A stretch of DNA of 43,598 nt, from assembly GCA_037137395.1 (NCBI GenBank), contig JBAXKK010000012.1, positions 1 to 43,598 of the forward strand. The letters run 5' to 3'. Made by a program: the position numbers and the translations under genes. Numbering within the stretch: position 1 is the stretch's first letter; each line of letters opens with the position of its first letter. Below are positions 28,562 through 37,973 of this stretch, in pieces. Origin of the DNA: Elusimicrobiota bacterium. Its GTDB lineage: Bacteria > Elusimicrobiota > Elusimicrobia > Elusimicrobiales > UBA9959. A model generated the notes under the pieces. The model made no database searches and had not been told where the DNA came from. It worked only from the letters and a program-made list of their open reading frames with translations.

Positions 28562-29425
28562 TCAGCCTATAAGAGGTTTAAGCGCTTTATAGAGTTTTGG
28601 GGGGAAATTCTCCTTATGCGTAAGCACGGAAGCTTTTATGAAATCCGGGCAATGATTATGGCAGCCGGCCTTCCCGGTCATGGGGATAACCTTCACCAGC
28701 AGCCGCCTGATGTTTTCAATGTTTTTTTTAAGGGTGGCCGTCACTTTTTCCTGATCCACCTCTTCACCCTCTTTCCAGCAGTCATAATCGGTAACCAAAG
28801 AGACAGGGGAATAATGAAAGCCGGCTTCACGGGCGAGCTTAGCTTCGGTGGCCACGGTCATCCCTATGATGGAGAAACCCATCTTCCTGTGAAAATAGGA
28901 TTCGGCTTTAGTGGAAAATCCCGGCCCCTCCATGCAGACGTAAGTCCCGCCGAAATGGGACTTGATGCCCAGCTTCACGGACTCTTTATGCATAATTTCA
29001 GATAATGCCATGCAGAAGGGCTCAGCCATGGGAACGTGCCCGACTATGCCGCGGCCGAAGAAGGTGGAAACGCGGCCCTTGGTCTCATCCATGAATTGGT
29101 CCGGGAACACAAAATGGGCGGGAGCTAGCTCAGCCTTCAGGGACCCCACGGCGCTGACCGAAATTATGGTCTTTACACCTAGAGATTTGAGCGCCCACAT
29201 GTTGGCGCGATGATTGATTTCACCTGGCAGAATAGCGTGTTTGCGGCCGTGCCGGGGCAGAAAAGCCACCGGGATGCCGGAAAGGGTTCCACATATCACG
29301 GCGTCAGAGGGATTGCCGAACGGGGTTTTAACCTTTATTTCCCTGATCCCCTTAAGCTCCTGCATCGCGTAAAGCCCGCTTCCCCCGATCACAGCTACCG
29401 CGGCCACCGGCTTACTGATCATCAT
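28562..29425 (-). CDS. mtnP: S-methyl-5'-thioadenosine phosphorylase
   Basis: IGGSGLY, TPFG, PRHG, MEGPGFSTKAES, GMT, VTDYDCW. Confidence 0.93.
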   Translation of the reverse strand: MMISKPVAAVAVIGGSGLYAMQELKGIREIKVKTPFGNPSDAVICGTLSGIPVAFLPRHGRKHAILPGEINHRANMWALKSLGVKTIISVSAVGSLKAELAPAHFVFPDQFMDETKGRVSTFFGRGIVGHVPMAEPFCMALSEIMHKESVKLGIKSHFGGTYVCMEGPGFSTKAESYFHRKMGFSIIGMTVATEAKLAREAGFHYSPVSLVTDYDCWKEGEEVDQEKVTATLKKNIENIRRLLVKVIPMTGKAGCHNHCPDFIKASVLTHKENFPPKLYKALKPLIG

Positions 29426-29539
29426 ATCTCCTTAGAACGACCGAATAACTCCGCTCAGGTAAAGGGCTAAAAGCTTACTTCCCCGACATATTAAGATTTT
29501 ATAATAATTAAAGCCTTAAAACACGGCCTTTTCTGCAGA

Positions 29540-30790
29540 TTAGTTCTCAAAACCCGGATACATCGGGAATTTGGAACATAGCCCCTTTACCTGCTCGGCT
29601 ATTCCTTTAAGAGCTTTATCGTCATTCTTGTGTTTTATGGCGTCATCAAGGAAGTTGGCGATGGCGGACATATCTTTGTTTTTCATGCCGCGTGTCGTGA
29701 TCGCCGGGGTGCCGATCCGGATACCGCTGGTAACCATAGGCGGCTGGGGGTCGTAGGGAATAGTGTTCTTGTTTACGGTCATACCGGCCTTATCCAAGGC
29801 AATCTCGGCTTCTTTGCCGGTCACGTTCTTGGCGCGCAGATCCACGCTCATCAGATGGCAATCGGTACCGCCGGCCACTATCCGGTAACCGCGGGCCTGC
29901 AGCTCCCGGGCCAGCTTTCTCGCGTTTTTAACCACCTGTTTCTGATACTCCCTGAACGCGGGGGACAGCGCCTCTTTGAAGCAAATGGCTTTGCCGGCAA
30001 TGGAGTGCATCAGGGGGCCGCCCTGATTGCCGGGGAAATTAGTGCGGTCTATTACTCTCGCGTACGGAGCCTTGGAGAGTATCAGCCCGCCGCGGGGCCC
30101 GCGAAGGGTTTTATGCGTGGTTGTGGTTACAACGTCGGCGTATTCCACCGGGGAGGGGTATACCCCGGCCGCGATGAGACCGGCATAATGCGCGATGTCA
30201 GTGACCAGGAAAGCTTTCCAATCGTCGGCCATCTTTTTTAAGCGCTTCCAGTCCCATATCCTGGAATAGTTGGAGGCCCCGGCCATGATAAGCTTGGGGC
30301 GCTCTTTCTCTATAAGTTTGGCAGCCTCATCGTAGTCAAGCAATTCGGTGTCCTTGTGAACATTCATGGTAACTATCTTAAAATAGCGGCCGGAGAAATT
30401 AAGGGGGTGCCCGTGGGACAGGTGTCCGCCGTGGGAAAGATTGAGGCCCATAACGGTGTCGCCGGGGTTGATAAGGGAGAGATAGGCCGTTATATTTGCC
30501 TGCGTGCCGGAATGGGGCTGAACATTCGCATGCTCGGCTCCGAAAAGTTGTTTGGCGCGGTCTATAGCAAGTTTTTCAGCGATGTCCACATACTCGCAGC
30601 CGCCGTAATACCGCTTTCCGGGGTAACCTTCAGCATATTTATTGGTCAGCACCGACCCGAGAGCCTCAAGCACGGCCTTGGAAGTATAATTCTCTGAAGC
30701 GATAAGCTCCAGATTGTTTTGCTGCCTGAGAACCTCGCCTTTAACGGCTTTGTAAAGTTGCGGATCGTTCTTTTTAATTTCTTCGTACAT
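29540..30790 (-). CDS. glyA: Serine hydroxymethyltransferase
   Basis: [32 protein letters not shown]. Confidence 0.98.
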   Translation of the reverse strand: MYEEIKKNDPQLYKAVKGEVLRQQNNLELIASENYTSKAVLEALGSVLTNKYAEGYPGKRYYGGCEYVDIAEKLAIDRAKQLFGAEHANVQPHSGTQANITAYLSLINPGDTVMGLNLSHGGHLSHGHPLNFSGRYFKIVTMNVHKDTELLDYDEAAKLIEKERPKLIMAGASNYSRIWDWKRLKKMADDWKAFLVTDIAHYAGLIAAGVYPSPVEYADVVTTTTHKTLRGPRGGLILSKAPYARVIDRTNFPGNQGGPLMHSIAGKAICFKEALSPAFREYQKQVVKNARKLARELQARGYRIVAGGTDCHLMSVDLRAKNVTGKEAEIALDKAGMTVNKNTIPYDPQPPMVTSGIRIGTPAITTRGMKNKDMSAIANFLDDAIKHKNDDKALKGIAEQVKGLCSKFPMYPGFEN

Positions 30791-30806
30791 TGGTTTCTCC
30801 TGAGCG

Positions 30807-30903
30807 TAAGAATTAGGGATTAAGGATTAAGTGTTAAGCGCCAGATTTTTAGCCCTTACAACTTAATCCTTACCACTACATCCACCACCTGTCGCCCTTA
30901 TAA
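30807..30903. repeat. Heptamer-periodic inverted repeat element, copy C
   Basis: TAAGAAT TAGGGAT TAAGGAT TAAGTGT TAAGCGC ... CTTACAA CTTAATC CTTACCA. Confidence 0.8.
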
Positions 30904-30909
30904 ACTCTT

Positions 30910-32073
30910 CTACTTCTTTAGTTTCTCCAATATAATATCCACCGACTTCTTTATCAGGTGGAAAGTCTCAAAATAGACTTTTTCGTCCCGGTCGTATGGG
31001 TCGTCAATGTCGCCATGCCCCAAACCGGCGTATTCCCGAAGCGTGTAAGTCTTGTCAAAAGCGGCGGGGAATTTATCAAGAATAGCCGCTTTATGCGCGT
31101 GTGTCATAGCGAGTATCAGTCCGGCCTCTTTCACATGCTTAGCGGTAATCCGGACCGGTGTATGAGTAAATTCCTGGGCGCCCTCTTTTATCAGCAGCTC
31201 TTTCACAATTGGAGGTGCGGGCATGGCGCCCTCCGCGGACAGGCCGCTGGATGTAAATTTTAAGTCAAGATCCCGTTCGGCGGCCGCCTGGGCCGCGTAA
31301 TATTGGGCCATCACGCTTCGGCAGGTATTACCCATGCAGACAAACATGACCGTCATGGCCCCGGATCCGCCCTTTTTACTGTCTTCCTCTATAAAAGAAG
31401 GCAGCCGCAGCATGACCACTATTTCGCCCTTAACCTCTTTAATCCCGGACAGCTTATCCCGCAGCTCTGCGGCAGTCCCTTTAAGCCACTCTTCATAGAT
31501 TTTAGTCAGTTCGCGGGCTATTACGATTTCAGCGTCCGGACCAAACTCTTCGCAGACGAGGTCTATAAATTTCTTTATTCTGAAGGGCGACTCGTAAAGA
31601 ATAACCGTCTTTTCAAGTTCAAAAGCTTTTTTAAGCGCTTTTACTATCTTGCTTCGCGGGCGCGGAAGAAACCCCAGGAAAATAAAAGAATCCGCGGGGA
31701 AACCCGACCCGGCGGCCGCTGTAACCACGGCGGAAGGTCCCGGAAGGGAGGTGATAGCGACTCCCTCGGCGCGGGCAAGGGCAACAAGCTTTCTGCCGGG
31801 ATCGGAAATACAGGGCGTGCCGCCGTCGGAAACAAGCGCGACATGTTTTCCCTGGCGTAAAAAACCCGCGGCTTCCGCTATAGACCGCTCATCATGTTCG
31901 TTATAGCGGACTAGTTTTTTAACAATAGCGTAACGGGCCATCAATTTGGCCGTGCGTCGGGTGTCTTCACACAACACCAGATCGGCCGCGCGTAGCGCTT
32001 TGAGCGCGCGTAATGTTATGTCTTCAAGATTTCCTAAAGGGGTGGGGACAATGGTAAGCGTGGTTCCTCCCAT
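30910..32073 (-). CDS. rsmI: 16S rRNA C1402 2'-O-methyltransferase fused to a low-molecular-weight protein phosphatase (YwlE-like)
   Basis: PTPLGNLEDIT, CEDTR, SDGGTPCISDPG, YESPFR, ARELTK; in-frame C-terminal FVCMGNTCRS and DDPY. Confidence 0.9.
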   Translation of the reverse strand: MGGTTLTIVPTPLGNLEDITLRALKALRAADLVLCEDTRRTAKLMARYAIVKKLVRYNEHDERSIAEAAGFLRQGKHVALVSDGGTPCISDPGRKLVALARAEGVAITSLPGPSAVVTAAAGSGFPADSFIFLGFLPRPRSKIVKALKKAFELEKTVILYESPFRIKKFIDLVCEEFGPDAEIVIARELTKIYEEWLKGTAAELRDKLSGIKEVKGEIVVMLRLPSFIEEDSKKGGSGAMTVMFVCMGNTCRSVMAQYYAAQAAAERDLDLKFTSSGLSAEGAMPAPPIVKELLIKEGAQEFTHTPVRITAKHVKEAGLILAMTHAHKAAILDKFPAAFDKTYTLREYAGLGHGDIDDPYDRDEKVYFETFHLIKKSVDIILEKLKK

Positions 32074-33281
32074 TCCCTATTCTCAAGCTTTAGGAATGCG
32101 TCCACCACCTTGGGGTCAAACTGTTTACCGGCGCCCTTAGTCATCTCTGAAACGCCTATATCGTGATTAAGCGCTTTGTGATAAGGCCGGTCGCTCATCA
32201 TGGCGTCCCAGGCGTCTATGGTGGCCACGATCCTGGCGCCCAGCGGTATTTCTTCACCCTTTAAACCTTCCGGATAACCCATTCCGTTATACCATTCCTG
32301 ATGGTAGAGGACCATTTGCGCCACCGGGCCCAGAAAATGAATAGGGGAAAGGATTTGGTAACCGATAGCAGGATGTTTTTTAATCTCCAGGTACTCCGCC
32401 TCGGTCAGGCGGCCGGGCTTTGAAAGTATCGCGCCATCTATTCCTATTTTACCTATGTCATGGAGTAGGGCGGCGTACTCCACGTATTTTATCATCTGTT
32501 CGGGCATGTGCAGCTCTTCGGCGAGAGCCCTGGCTTTGTGGCGGGCGCGGCCGGCGTGGTCGCCCGTGTAAGCGTCTTTAGCGTCAATAACGCGTGCCAG
32601 AGTCTGCACCATCTCTAGATAAAAATTTTCAATGCTTTCATAAAGCTTGATATTCTCCAGAGTTATCGCCGCCTCGCCGGCAAGAAGCGTCAGAAACTTC
32701 AGATCATAATCGGTAAATAATTCCTTCTCTCTGGGCAGATGGAGATTCAGAACGCCAAACGCCTTATCCTTAACCTTCAGAGGAATGGCAATAAACGGCT
32801 CTTTCTGCTCCTCCAAACCGATAAAATCCTTGTATTGAACGTTCTGTTCAGGGTCGGTGACGAATATGGTCTCACCGGTCTCGAACGCGCGGCCGCCTAT
32901 GCCCTGACCCGGTTTAAGGCGGGTAGCCGCTATCACTTCCTTGGAAATATTCTTTGAGGCCACAATCTTGAGTTCTTTTGTATGCTCATCAAAGACCATC
33001 AGCGAGCCTCTGACGGAATGTATCAGCTCGCAGGCGCTTTCCACCACCGTCTGAAAAAACTCCTCTTTCTTTATGGAGCCGGCGTTGACTATTCCAATCT
33101 CATGGATGGTAAGAAGGCTGGTAAGCAATTCGTCAAATTTGTTCCAGGTATTCTTGAGGGAGAAGTCCAGTTTTTCCGTCTCGGAGTTAGGCTTATCAAG
33201 CTTCAGAGCGTAGAGCTTCTTAAGCAGATGGCCGATAAAACCCAGAAGGGCGGCTATGACGCCGGCTAATATGTAAATCAT
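32034..33281 (-). CDS. Membrane-anchored GAF plus HD-GYP cyclic-dinucleotide phosphodiesterase
   Basis: N-terminal TM helix, GAF (PGQGIGG..IPLKVK..GVLN), LHDIGK, HQEWYNGMGYP, QFDP. Confidence 0.9.
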   Translation of the reverse strand: MIYILAGVIAALLGFIGHLLKKLYALKLDKPNSETEKLDFSLKNTWNKFDELLTSLLTIHEIGIVNAGSIKKEEFFQTVVESACELIHSVRGSLMVFDEHTKELKIVASKNISKEVIAATRLKPGQGIGGRAFETGETIFVTDPEQNVQYKDFIGLEEQKEPFIAIPLKVKDKAFGVLNLHLPREKELFTDYDLKFLTLLAGEAAITLENIKLYESIENFYLEMVQTLARVIDAKDAYTGDHAGRARHKARALAEELHMPEQMIKYVEYAALLHDIGKIGIDGAILSKPGRLTEAEYLEIKKHPAIGYQILSPIHFLGPVAQMVLYHQEWYNGMGYPEGLKGEEIPLGARIVATIDAWDAMMSDRPYHKALNHDIGVSEMTKGAGKQFDPKVVDAFLKLENREWEEPRLPLSPPL

Positions 33282-33421
33282 TATATTAAACGATAGCAAA
33301 ATTATTTCAACCGGGGCAAGGCAAAGGGGGCCGGAACTGGGGGGGTGGGGATCATAATGGCTCCCCCTACCCTGAACCCTGACCCCCGAACCCTTATCGC
33401 TGTTTGTCTTCCGGCGGTTAA

Positions 33422-34153
33422 ATGAATATAATTACATATATGAGCGCTTCAAAAACCGCCGTCTTAGTGCTTGGCTCCGCCGGAAGGATGGGAGTCAAGA
33501 TAGTTGAAAAAATCCGGCGCAGTCGGCACTGCGCTTTAGCCGGCGCTTTAGATTTGAAAGGCTCCGCCGGCGCGGATATAAAGCGCGCCATAGAATCCGC
33601 CCTTAAAGCCTGCGATGCTGTAATAGATTTTACAACCCCCGCGGCCGGCGTCGCCCACGCGGCGCTATGCGCGAGATATAAAAAACCGCTGGTCATAGGC
33701 ACCACCGGTTTTGACGCCGGCCAACTGGCTCTTATAAAAAAATGTTCGCGATCCGCGCCCGTATTCCTCTCTCCCAACATGAGCCCGGCGGTGAATCTCA
33801 CTATCGCCGTGGCCCGCCTGATGGCGGACAAGCTGCCGGGCTTTGACGTGCGCATCAGCGAAACCCACCACAAATTTAAAAAAGACGCGCCCTCCGGAAC
33901 CGCTCTTAAATACCAATCGCGGATAAAAGAAGTTTTCCAAGGCGAGGTTCCGGTCGTAAGCGTGCGCGCAGGCGACATCGTCGGGGAGCACACCGTCCTC
34001 TACGCCGGACCGCATGAGCGGGTGGAGTTGACCCACCGCGCGCACTCAAGAGATGTCTTCGCTGAAGGAGCCGTTCGAGCAGCGCTCTGGCTTAAAGATC
34101 AGAAACCCGGCCTTTATGACTATTTCGATCTTCTTGGCCTTAAAAACATATGA
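33422..34153 (+). CDS. dapB: 4-hydroxy-tetrahydrodipicolinate reductase
   Basis: GSAGRMG, IDFT, IGTTG, ETHHKFKKDAPSGTA, HRAHSR; start may be ATG 33440. Confidence 0.95.
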   Translation: MNIITYMSASKTAVLVLGSAGRMGVKIVEKIRRSRHCALAGALDLKGSAGADIKRAIESALKACDAVIDFTTPAAGVAHAALCARYKKPLVIGTTGFDAGQLALIKKCSRSAPVFLSPNMSPAVNLTIAVARLMADKLPGFDVRISETHHKFKKDAPSGTALKYQSRIKEVFQGEVPVVSVRAGDIVGEHTVLYAGPHERVELTHRAHSRDVFAEGAVRAALWLKDQKPGLYDYFDLLGLKNI

Positions 34154-35316
34154 AAAAACCCGCCTTAGGAAAAAAACCGGGTGAATTCCCTCCCTACCTG
34201 TTCCGCGACCTGGATAAGAAACGGCAGATTGCTGTGAATCAAGGGAAAGATGTTATCTCCCTCGCGGTAGGCGACCCGGATATTCCAACGCCAGCGGCCA
34301 TAGCCAGATTTGCGGCAAAAGAGGTTCTCAAGCCGGCAAATCATAGTTACCCACAGGGCCGCGGAACTCTGCGCCTTCGACAGGCGATAGCCGGGTGGCA
34401 CAAGAAACGCCACGGGATAACGCTAAACCCTGAAACCGAGATACTGACACTTATCGGTTCAAAAGAAGGTCTAGCGCATCTCCCTTTAGCCCTTATAGAC
34501 CGCGGCGACACGGTAATCATGCCCGACCCCTGCTATCCTGCCTATAAGACCGGCGTCCTGCTGTCCGAGGCGAAAATAAAAAGGCTGCCTTTGAACGGGG
34601 CTAACGGTTTTCTGCCGGATTTTGACACTCTTCCAAAATCTTTTTTTAAGGGCTCAAAGCTTCTCTTTCTAAACTACCCGAATAACCCCACCGGCGCGGT
34701 AGCTGACCTGAAGTTTTACTCCAGCGCCGTGGCCGCGGCCAAACGGCACGGGTTCTGGATAGCCCAGGACGCAGCCTACTCTGAAATATTTTTCGGCAAG
34801 CCCAGCGCCAGCATACTCCAGGTGCCGGGGGCGAAAGACGTGGCAGTGGAATTTTACTCGCTCTCAAAAACCTACTGCATGACCGGCTGGCGCCTGGCCT
34901 GGATGATAGGCAATCCCGAAGTCGTGGGAGCCCTGACCAAGCTTAAGGAGAACCTGGATTCCGGTCAGTTCAACGCGATTCAGGAAACAGCGGTTTTCTG
35001 CCTTAAAAACCACGACGCTCTGGTTGCCCCGATATGTAAAATTTTCCAGGCGCGCGCTGACTTCTTTATCGGCGCGCTCAAAAAAGCCGGCTGGACCGTC
35101 TTCCAGCCGGGCGCCACATTTTTCGTATGGGCAAAGCCGCCGGCGCGGGTAAAATCGCTGGATTGCGTCTACCGCGTATTGGACGAGGCCTCCGTACTTA
35201 TCACGCCGGGCTCCGGCTTCGGTCCTCTGGGTGAGGGTTATGTCAGATTCTCGCTGACAGCCCCGGAAAAAAGAATACGACAAGCCGCGAACAGAATATC
35301 AAGAATGGAGTGGTAA
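34150..35316 (+). CDS. Class I/II PLP aminotransferase, probably LL-diaminopimelate aminotransferase-like
   Basis: GSKEGLAH, NYPNNPTG, DAAY, SLSKTYCMTGWR; ATGA-coupled to dapB. Confidence 0.85.
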   Translation: MKKPALGKKPGEFPPYLFRDLDKKRQIAVNQGKDVISLAVGDPDIPTPAAIARFAAKEVLKPANHSYPQGRGTLRLRQAIAGWHKKRHGITLNPETEILTLIGSKEGLAHLPLALIDRGDTVIMPDPCYPAYKTGVLLSEAKIKRLPLNGANGFLPDFDTLPKSFFKGSKLLFLNYPNNPTGAVADLKFYSSAVAAAKRHGFWIAQDAAYSEIFFGKPSASILQVPGAKDVAVEFYSLSKTYCMTGWRLAWMIGNPEVVGALTKLKENLDSGQFNAIQETAVFCLKNHDALVAPICKIFQARADFFIGALKKAGWTVFQPGATFFVWAKPPARVKSLDCVYRVLDEASVLITPGSGFGPLGEGYVRFSLTAPEKRIRQAANRISRMEW

Positions 35317-35320
35317 AAAC

Positions 35321-36220
35321 ATGAACGCAATTGAAATATTAAATTGGTCTCTATTCTCAGCGCTCGGTCTGGCTGTCAGCGCTGTTATCATCTCATACTT
35401 TAAAAGTTATTCTATTATCCAGCCGCCCCGGCGGCGCACTCCGGTAACCCAGCACCCGGACCAATATAAATTGGCCTACGAGACCATAGACTTCACCACG
35501 GCAGACGAATTGACCCTGAGAGGCTGGTTTATCCCTGCTGTGGGCGGTGAAACGGACAAGACCATCATCCTCTGTCACGGCTGGGGCGTGAACCGGGGAG
35601 ACCTGCTGCGCGACACCCATTTTCTGGCGGAAAAAGGATTCAACCTTTTCTACTTTGATTTCCGGGCTTCGGGCGAAAGCAAAGGGACCATCTCGAGCCT
35701 CGGATATCTTGAGACGCGCGACTTTGACGCCGCCTACGATTTCCTGAAAACACACCGCCCGCGCGCGATGGAACACGCCGCCGTATTCGGTTCATCCATG
35801 GGCGGATCGGTGGCTATTTTCGCGGCTGCAAAACATCCGGAACTGAGATGTCTGATGGCTGAAAACACTTTCCTCTCCTACCAGCGGGTGGTCGCCAATT
35901 GGAGTTGGATGCGCACTAAAGTCCCCTATTATCCGCTGGTTCCCCTGACTCTGGCCTTCGTAAAAATGAAACTTGGAGCCAACCCCGAACCTTTCAGCCC
36001 CGCCCACAACATCGCCAAGATTACGGCGCCGGTAATGTTCATAAACGGCGACAACGACGACATTGTTCCGCTCCACGACGCCGAGACTCTGTTTGGGATG
36101 TGCAAGTCTGAGAAAAAACAGATGTGGGTCATAACCGGCGCCTCGCACGGCAAATGCGCCGAAGTCGGCGGAGAGGTTTACAAAAACAAGGTTGCTCAGT
36201 TTTTTTCCGAGAATCTTTAA
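35321..36220 (+). CDS. Membrane-anchored alpha/beta hydrolase
   Basis: LCHGWG, FDFRASGES, GSSMGG nucleophile elbow, GDNDDIVP, ASH. Confidence 0.88.
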   Translation: MNAIEILNWSLFSALGLAVSAVIISYFKSYSIIQPPRRRTPVTQHPDQYKLAYETIDFTTADELTLRGWFIPAVGGETDKTIILCHGWGVNRGDLLRDTHFLAEKGFNLFYFDFRASGESKGTISSLGYLETRDFDAAYDFLKTHRPRAMEHAAVFGSSMGGSVAIFAAAKHPELRCLMAENTFLSYQRVVANWSWMRTKVPYYPLVPLTLAFVKMKLGANPEPFSPAHNIAKITAPVMFINGDNDDIVPLHDAETLFGMCKSEKKQMWVITGASHGKCAEVGGEVYKNKVAQFFSENL

Positions 36221-36233
36221 AAATAATTAGTTA

Positions 36234-36262
36234 TTGCATTCCACGACGATATAGTGTAGAAT
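36234..36262 (+). promoter_or_regulatory. Sigma70-type promoter
   Basis: TTGCAT, 17 nt, TAGAAT; followed by SD AGGAGG and ATG 36298. Confidence 0.65.
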
Positions 36263-36297
36263 TTAAACATATTCACACACTTCAGGAGGGCTTTAAA

Positions 36298-36552
36298 ATG
36301 GGTGAAAAAGTACAGAAAGTTGGCGTTAAACGGGAAGATGGCTTCCTTTATTACATAGACAAGGGCGGAGATGTTTCCCGCGCCAAGATGGCTCGCGGCG
36401 GCAAAAAGGGCGGCAAGCCCCAGAAAGTCACCAAAGTCGGCGTTAAAAAGGAAGCTGGCTTCCTTTATTACCTCGACAAAGCCGGCGATGTCGCCCGCGC
36501 TAAAATGGTGAATGCCAAAGGCAAAGCTGCGGCCAAGAAAAAGAAGAAATAA
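36298..36552 (+). CDS. Small (84 aa) very basic protein made of two tandem repeats
   Basis: KVGVKREDGFLYYIDKGGDVSRAKM / KVGVKKEAGFLYYLDKAGDVARAKM plus poly-Lys tail; strong SD. Confidence 0.85.
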   Translation: MGEKVQKVGVKREDGFLYYIDKGGDVSRAKMARGGKKGGKPQKVTKVGVKKEAGFLYYLDKAGDVARAKMVNAKGKAAAKKKKK

Positions 36553-36570
36553 TTCTTTCTCTTCAAAGAT

Positions 36571-36607
36571 ATAAAAAACCGACCGCCCAAAACGGCCGGT
36601 TTTTTAT
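36571..36607 (+). terminator. Intrinsic terminator
   Basis: ATAAAAAACCGACCG..CGGCCGGTTTTTTAT hairpin with T tract. Confidence 0.75.
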
Positions 36608-36644
36608 TTTTGATATTTCACCCGTGATTTAATACCATATACTT

Positions 36645-37529
36645 ATGGAAAAATTGCTCGAAGGAAAAACGCTCTCCCAAAAGATACTTGCCTCTCTGCC
36701 CGAGCGCATCGCGGGGGTAGCGGCCGTAGCCGGGCGCCCGCCCGTCCTTGCAATCATCAATTACTTCGACGATTCCCCGTCCGGCATCTATGTTAAAAGG
36801 AAGATGGCGGCCTGCGAGAAGTTGGGCGTGAGGATCCGCGTTATAAAGCCGGACCCAAAAGAAGGGCTGCCCGGATTTCTGAATATTCTGGCTCTCCTTA
36901 AAAACGATCCTGCTATAGACGCCGTCATGATCGAGCGGCCTCTTCCGGACGGATTTGAGGTCCCCGCGATGTGGGACGCCATCCCGGCCGCCAAGGATGT
37001 GGACGGACTTTCTTCAGTGAATATGGGACGCCTTTTCATTTCAAAAACGCGAGATATTGAGCGCGCCGGATTTTTTGTGCCATGCACGGCCTTAGCTGTC
37101 ATACGGTTGCTGCTCCACCACAATATTGATGTCGCGGGGAAAAGAATAGCTGTGGTTGGCCGCTCGGCAGTGGTCGGCCGGCCACTTTCACATATGCTGA
37201 CAAGCATGAACGCCACGGTTACGACTTGCCACACCAAAACCCCTGATATCGCGGCTATCTTCAAAACCTCCGACATCGTAGTCAGCGCGGCGGGAAAAGC
37301 CCGTTGGCTTAAAGCGGAGATGGTGGCCCCGGAAGCCACAATAATAGATGTCGGAACAAACATTGATGAAAATGGCAGACTGTGCGGCGACGCCGATTTT
37401 GAGGGGTTGAAGGACAAGGTGAGGGCGATGACACCGGTGCCCGGAGGCGTCGGGCCCGTGACGATGGCCTGCCTCATAGAGGCGGGCGTAAAAGCCGCGG
37501 AAAACAATGTCAAAGGATTATCGGTCTGA
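36645..37529 (+). CDS. folD: Methylenetetrahydrofolate dehydrogenase/cyclohydrolase
   Basis: YVKRK, KDVDG, PCTA, VGRSAVVGRP, IDVG, TPVPGGVGP. Confidence 0.95.
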   Translation: MEKLLEGKTLSQKILASLPERIAGVAAVAGRPPVLAIINYFDDSPSGIYVKRKMAACEKLGVRIRVIKPDPKEGLPGFLNILALLKNDPAIDAVMIERPLPDGFEVPAMWDAIPAAKDVDGLSSVNMGRLFISKTRDIERAGFFVPCTALAVIRLLLHHNIDVAGKRIAVVGRSAVVGRPLSHMLTSMNATVTTCHTKTPDIAAIFKTSDIVVSAAGKARWLKAEMVAPEATIIDVGTNIDENGRLCGDADFEGLKDKVRAMTPVPGGVGPVTMACLIEAGVKAAENNVKGLSV

Positions 37530-37547
37530 TAAAACAGGAGAAATATT

Positions 37548-37973
37548 ATGAACAAACTTAAAAAAACATTATTTATCTCTCTTCTAACATTAATCCCGGC
37601 GACATTACTGGTTTCAGCCCAGGACTCCAAAGACTCAACCGAGGCCTCCACAGAAACCGCCGCCCCGGCTAAGCAAGCCCCTCTAAAAAAGCAGCCGAAG
37701 AAGAAGGTCACCAAAAAAACCAAAAAATCGCCCCCGAAACCCGATTCGGAATACATATTCAAACAAGTGGACAGCATCCCCACCTATAGATTCGATAAAA
37801 AAGCCAACCCTATAATCAAGGAAATTAAAGCCAAGAAAAAACCAGCCCGCTCGGCGACCGGAACTCCGCCTCAAGAACCGCCCCCGCCCTCCGGGCCGCG
37901 GCAAAAATTAAAACCCAAGCCCCCCATAGACGCTGGCGACCAGGAGAAACCACCGGACCAGGAAGGCCAATAA
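37548..37973 (+). CDS. Exported Lys/Pro-rich hypothetical protein
   Basis: SD AGGAG, signal peptide, low complexity; TAATG-coupled to the next gene. Confidence 0.75.
   Translation: MNKLKKTLFISLLTLIPATLLVSAQDSKDSTEASTETAAPAKQAPLKKQPKKKVTKKTKKSPPKPDSEYIFKQVDSIPTYRFDKKANPIIKEIKAKKKPARSATGTPPQEPPPPSGPRQKLKPKPPIDAGDQEKPPDQEGQ

Noticed and set aside
24387..30903. Heptamer repeats as a CRISPR array
   Set aside because: No 25-40-nt repeats with unique spacers, and no cas genes
32034..32073. 40-bp overlap between the HD-GYP gene and rsmI as programmed recoding
   Set aside because: Both ORFs are complete with their own start and stop; simple stop-codon drift explains it
36124..36297. 142-aa version of the small basic protein
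   Set aside because: Overlaps the hydrolase and spans the promoter; the SD supports ATG 36298
36788..37783. Long antisense ORFs (this 331-aa one, also 9121-9738, 10742-11431, 17418-18098, 18848-19570, 22448-23149, 24685-25368)
   Set aside because: Shadow frames of well-supported genes on the opposite strand, with no recognisable motifs
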